A stretch of DNA of 16,081 nucleotides from Chlamydiia bacterium (GTDB lineage: Bacteria; Chlamydiota; Chlamydiia; Chlamydiales; JBMOFD01), in assembly GCA_049314435.1 (NCBI GenBank), contig JBMOFD010000041.1, forward strand, positions 1 through 16,081, read 5' to 3'. The notes beneath the pieces were generated by a model, which saw nothing but the letters and a program-made list of their open reading frames with translations, did not search any database and was not told the DNA's origin. The translations under genes and the position numbers were made by a program. Below, piece after piece: positions 14,221-16,081 of this stretch (its first letter is position 1; the number at the start of each line of letters is the position of its first letter).

Positions 14221-15687
14221 TCAGGCGTTGTACGTACCCGCGTGAGCAGACCCGCCCTTGCCGGTCCAGTCGGTGTGAAAGGACTGGCCTCGTGGGGCAT
14301 CGACCCGTTCATAGGTATGCGCACCAAAGTAGTCCCGTAGAGCCTGTAGCAAATTGGCCGGGAGTTGGCCGCAGCGGAGCCCATCATAGTAGGAGAGCGC
14401 TGCACTGAAGCAGGGCGTCGGAAGTCCTCCTCGGGCGCCTTCAGACACAATCATCCGCCACCCATCTTGTGCCTGCGCCAATGCGTCTTGGAAGAAGGGA
14501 TCGGTCATGAGCTGCTCTAGCATCGGCTGACGAGCATAAGCCTCCTTGATCTTGTCGAGGAAGGCACTGCGAATGATGCAGCCTCCCCTCCACATCATGG
14601 CAATCGACCCGTAGTTCAGATCCCAAGAGTAGTTCAGAGACGCACTGCGCATGAGCAGAAATCCCTGGGCATAGCTCACAATTTTTGAGGCGTAGAGCGC
14701 ATGACGAATGGCATGAATGGTCTGTTTGCCTTCTGCCACCAAGGCTGATAGGCCATGCCCTATCGTAGGACCAGCCAGCACCTGGCTAGCTGCCTCTCGC
14801 TGCGCCTTCATGGCAGACAAGCAGCGAGCAAATACCGCTTCCGAGATCAGCGTAGCAGGAATCCCCTCATCAAGGGCGCTCATCACCGTCCACTTGCCCG
14901 TCCCCTTCTGCCCGGCCACATCCAGGATCTTCTCCAACAGGGGCGTGCCATCCTTGTCTAGATGACCCATCACCTGAGCCGTGATCTCGATAAGGTAGCT
15001 GTCTAGCTCGGTCTTGTTCCAATCTTGGAAGGTCTCTTGGAGAGCTGGATAGCTCATCCCCATCCCTTGGCGCATCAGCTGATAAGCCTCGCAGATCAGC
15101 TGCATGTCCCCATATTCGATGCCATTGTGCACCATCTTGACGTAGTGCCCCGCACCGCCAGGTCCCACCCAATCGCAGCAGGGCTGTCCTTGGACCTTCG
15201 CCGCAATGGCCTGCAGGATCGGCTTCACCTTCGGCCAAGCAGCTGGGTTGCCACCCGGCATAATCGAGGGTCCGTGACGCGCCCCCTCTTCTCCTCCTGA
15301 GACTCCCGCACCAACGAAGAGGATGCCCTTGCTATCGAGCTCCTTACAGCGGCGTTCGGTGTCTTGGAAGTAGCTGTTCCCACCGTCGATGAGCACGTCA
15401 CCCGGCTCGAGATAGGGTAGTAGTTCCTGGATGAGCTCATCGACAGGGGCGCCTGCCCGGACCATCATCATGATCTTTCTGGGCCGACGGATAGCCGTCA
15501 CAAATTCTTCAATGGTATGAGCACCGGTCACCTTTGTGTCTGCTGCAGGCCCCTTTAAGAAGTCATCGACCTTGGAAACGGTTCGATTCCACACGACCAC
15601 TGAGTAGCCGTGATCGTTCATGTTGAGCACCAGATTCTGGCCCATCACCGCTAGACCGATGAGACCTATATCCGCATTGGCTGTCAT
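14221..15687 (-). CDS. gnd: NADP-dependent 6-phosphogluconate dehydrogenase, decarboxylating (488 aa)
   Basis: IGLIGLAVMGQNL, GVSGGEEGARHGPSIMPGG, GHYVKMVHNGIEYGDMQLI, ILDVAGQKGTGKW, WRGGCIIRS and RDYFGAHTYER. ATG 15687 is preferred over 15723. Confidence 0.98.
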   Translation of the reverse strand: MTANADIGLIGLAVMGQNLVLNMNDHGYSVVVWNRTVSKVDDFLKGPAADTKVTGAHTIEEFVTAIRRPRKIMMMVRAGAPVDELIQELLPYLEPGDVLIDGGNSYFQDTERRCKELDSKGILFVGAGVSGGEEGARHGPSIMPGGNPAAWPKVKPILQAIAAKVQGQPCCDWVGPGGAGHYVKMVHNGIEYGDMQLICEAYQLMRQGMGMSYPALQETFQDWNKTELDSYLIEITAQVMGHLDKDGTPLLEKILDVAGQKGTGKWTVMSALDEGIPATLISEAVFARCLSAMKAQREAASQVLAGPTIGHGLSALVAEGKQTIHAIRHALYASKIVSYAQGFLLMRSASLNYSWDLNYGSIAMMWRGGCIIRSAFLDKIKEAYARQPMLEQLMTDPFFQDALAQAQDGWRMIVSEGARGGLPTPCFSAALSYYDGLRCGQLPANLLQALRDYFGAHTYERVDAPRGQSFHTDWTGKGGSAHAGTYNA

Positions 15688-15827
15688 GCTTGGCTGCTGC
15701 ATCGATCTCGTTGGTAGGACCATTGATCACTGATGAAGCTCCTCCTCTGCCATCCTTTGTAATCGATGAGCAACAGCGGGGGCAAGTTGGGAATGGAGAA
15801 GAGCCTACTGAACCTCTGATCCAGCCT

Positions 15828-16081
15828 CTAGCAAGGCGTAAAGGTGCGCGTGCAATAGAACTTTTGCACATCATCATCGGATGAAAACTCGGGATGATCC
15901 ACGACCTGTCCCTTGAGCAGGTCATCAAACAAGGACTTGGTCAAGAAAGAGAACCTCAGATTCTCTCCGTCTGCGCTGTGAACCACAAAGGAACGCGGAG
16001 GATTATCCTGGAGTGCTAGAGGATCGATTGGATCCACGGAGACCACAAAGACATAGCTACGTCGTGCCGTGTCTCCCCACT
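15828..16081 (-). CDS. Hypothetical protein, 3' part only (frame open to the window edge)
   Basis: The frame of the 15828-16046 ORF continues without a stop to the edge (WGDTARRSYVF before VVSVDP). Protein-like composition; no family recognised. Confidence 0.55.
   Translation of the reverse strand, partial: WGDTARRSYVFVVSVDPIDPLALQDNPPRSFVVHSADGENLRFSFLTKSLFDDLLKGQVVDHPEFSSDDDVQKFYCTRTFTPC

Noticed and set aside
12771..14450. Long antisense ORFs (288 aa and 194 aa) over lepA/gnd, and similar ones over npt1, ddbA and the ytg genes
   Set aside because: Shadow frames expected opposite GC-rich, codon-biased conserved genes.

Overview
The window looks like a piece of a Chlamydiae (environmental or uncultured lineage) chromosome, visibly GC-rich for the phylum (two hand-counted lepA lines gave 55% and 63%). 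The backbone follows the Chlamydia trachomatis CT063-CT070 block: gnd (-), lepA (+), the ATP/ADP translocase npt1/tlc (+), a CT066/DdbA-like DNA-binding protein (+) and a translationally coupled ytgABCD/troABCD metal ABC operon (-), including the YtgC-YtgR permease-repressor fusion. Two additions break this synteny. (1) An HCF101-like Mrp/ApbC + DUF971 Fe-S carrier lacking the usual CPxC motif sits at the head of the ytg operon. (2) A ~3.8 kb accessory island lies between npt1 and lepA. It encodes a secreted 84-aa protein with a Cys-Cys-repeat tail, a DUF4116-like 25-aa-repeat effector candidate and two tandem paralogous secreted Cys-containing proteins of no family I recognise, along with long perfect hairpins, a possibly structured non-coding region and two sigma54-like motifs. 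The left edge carries a hairpin resembling an IS200/IS605 end. All family calls are from recognition of sequence motifs; no database searches were run.
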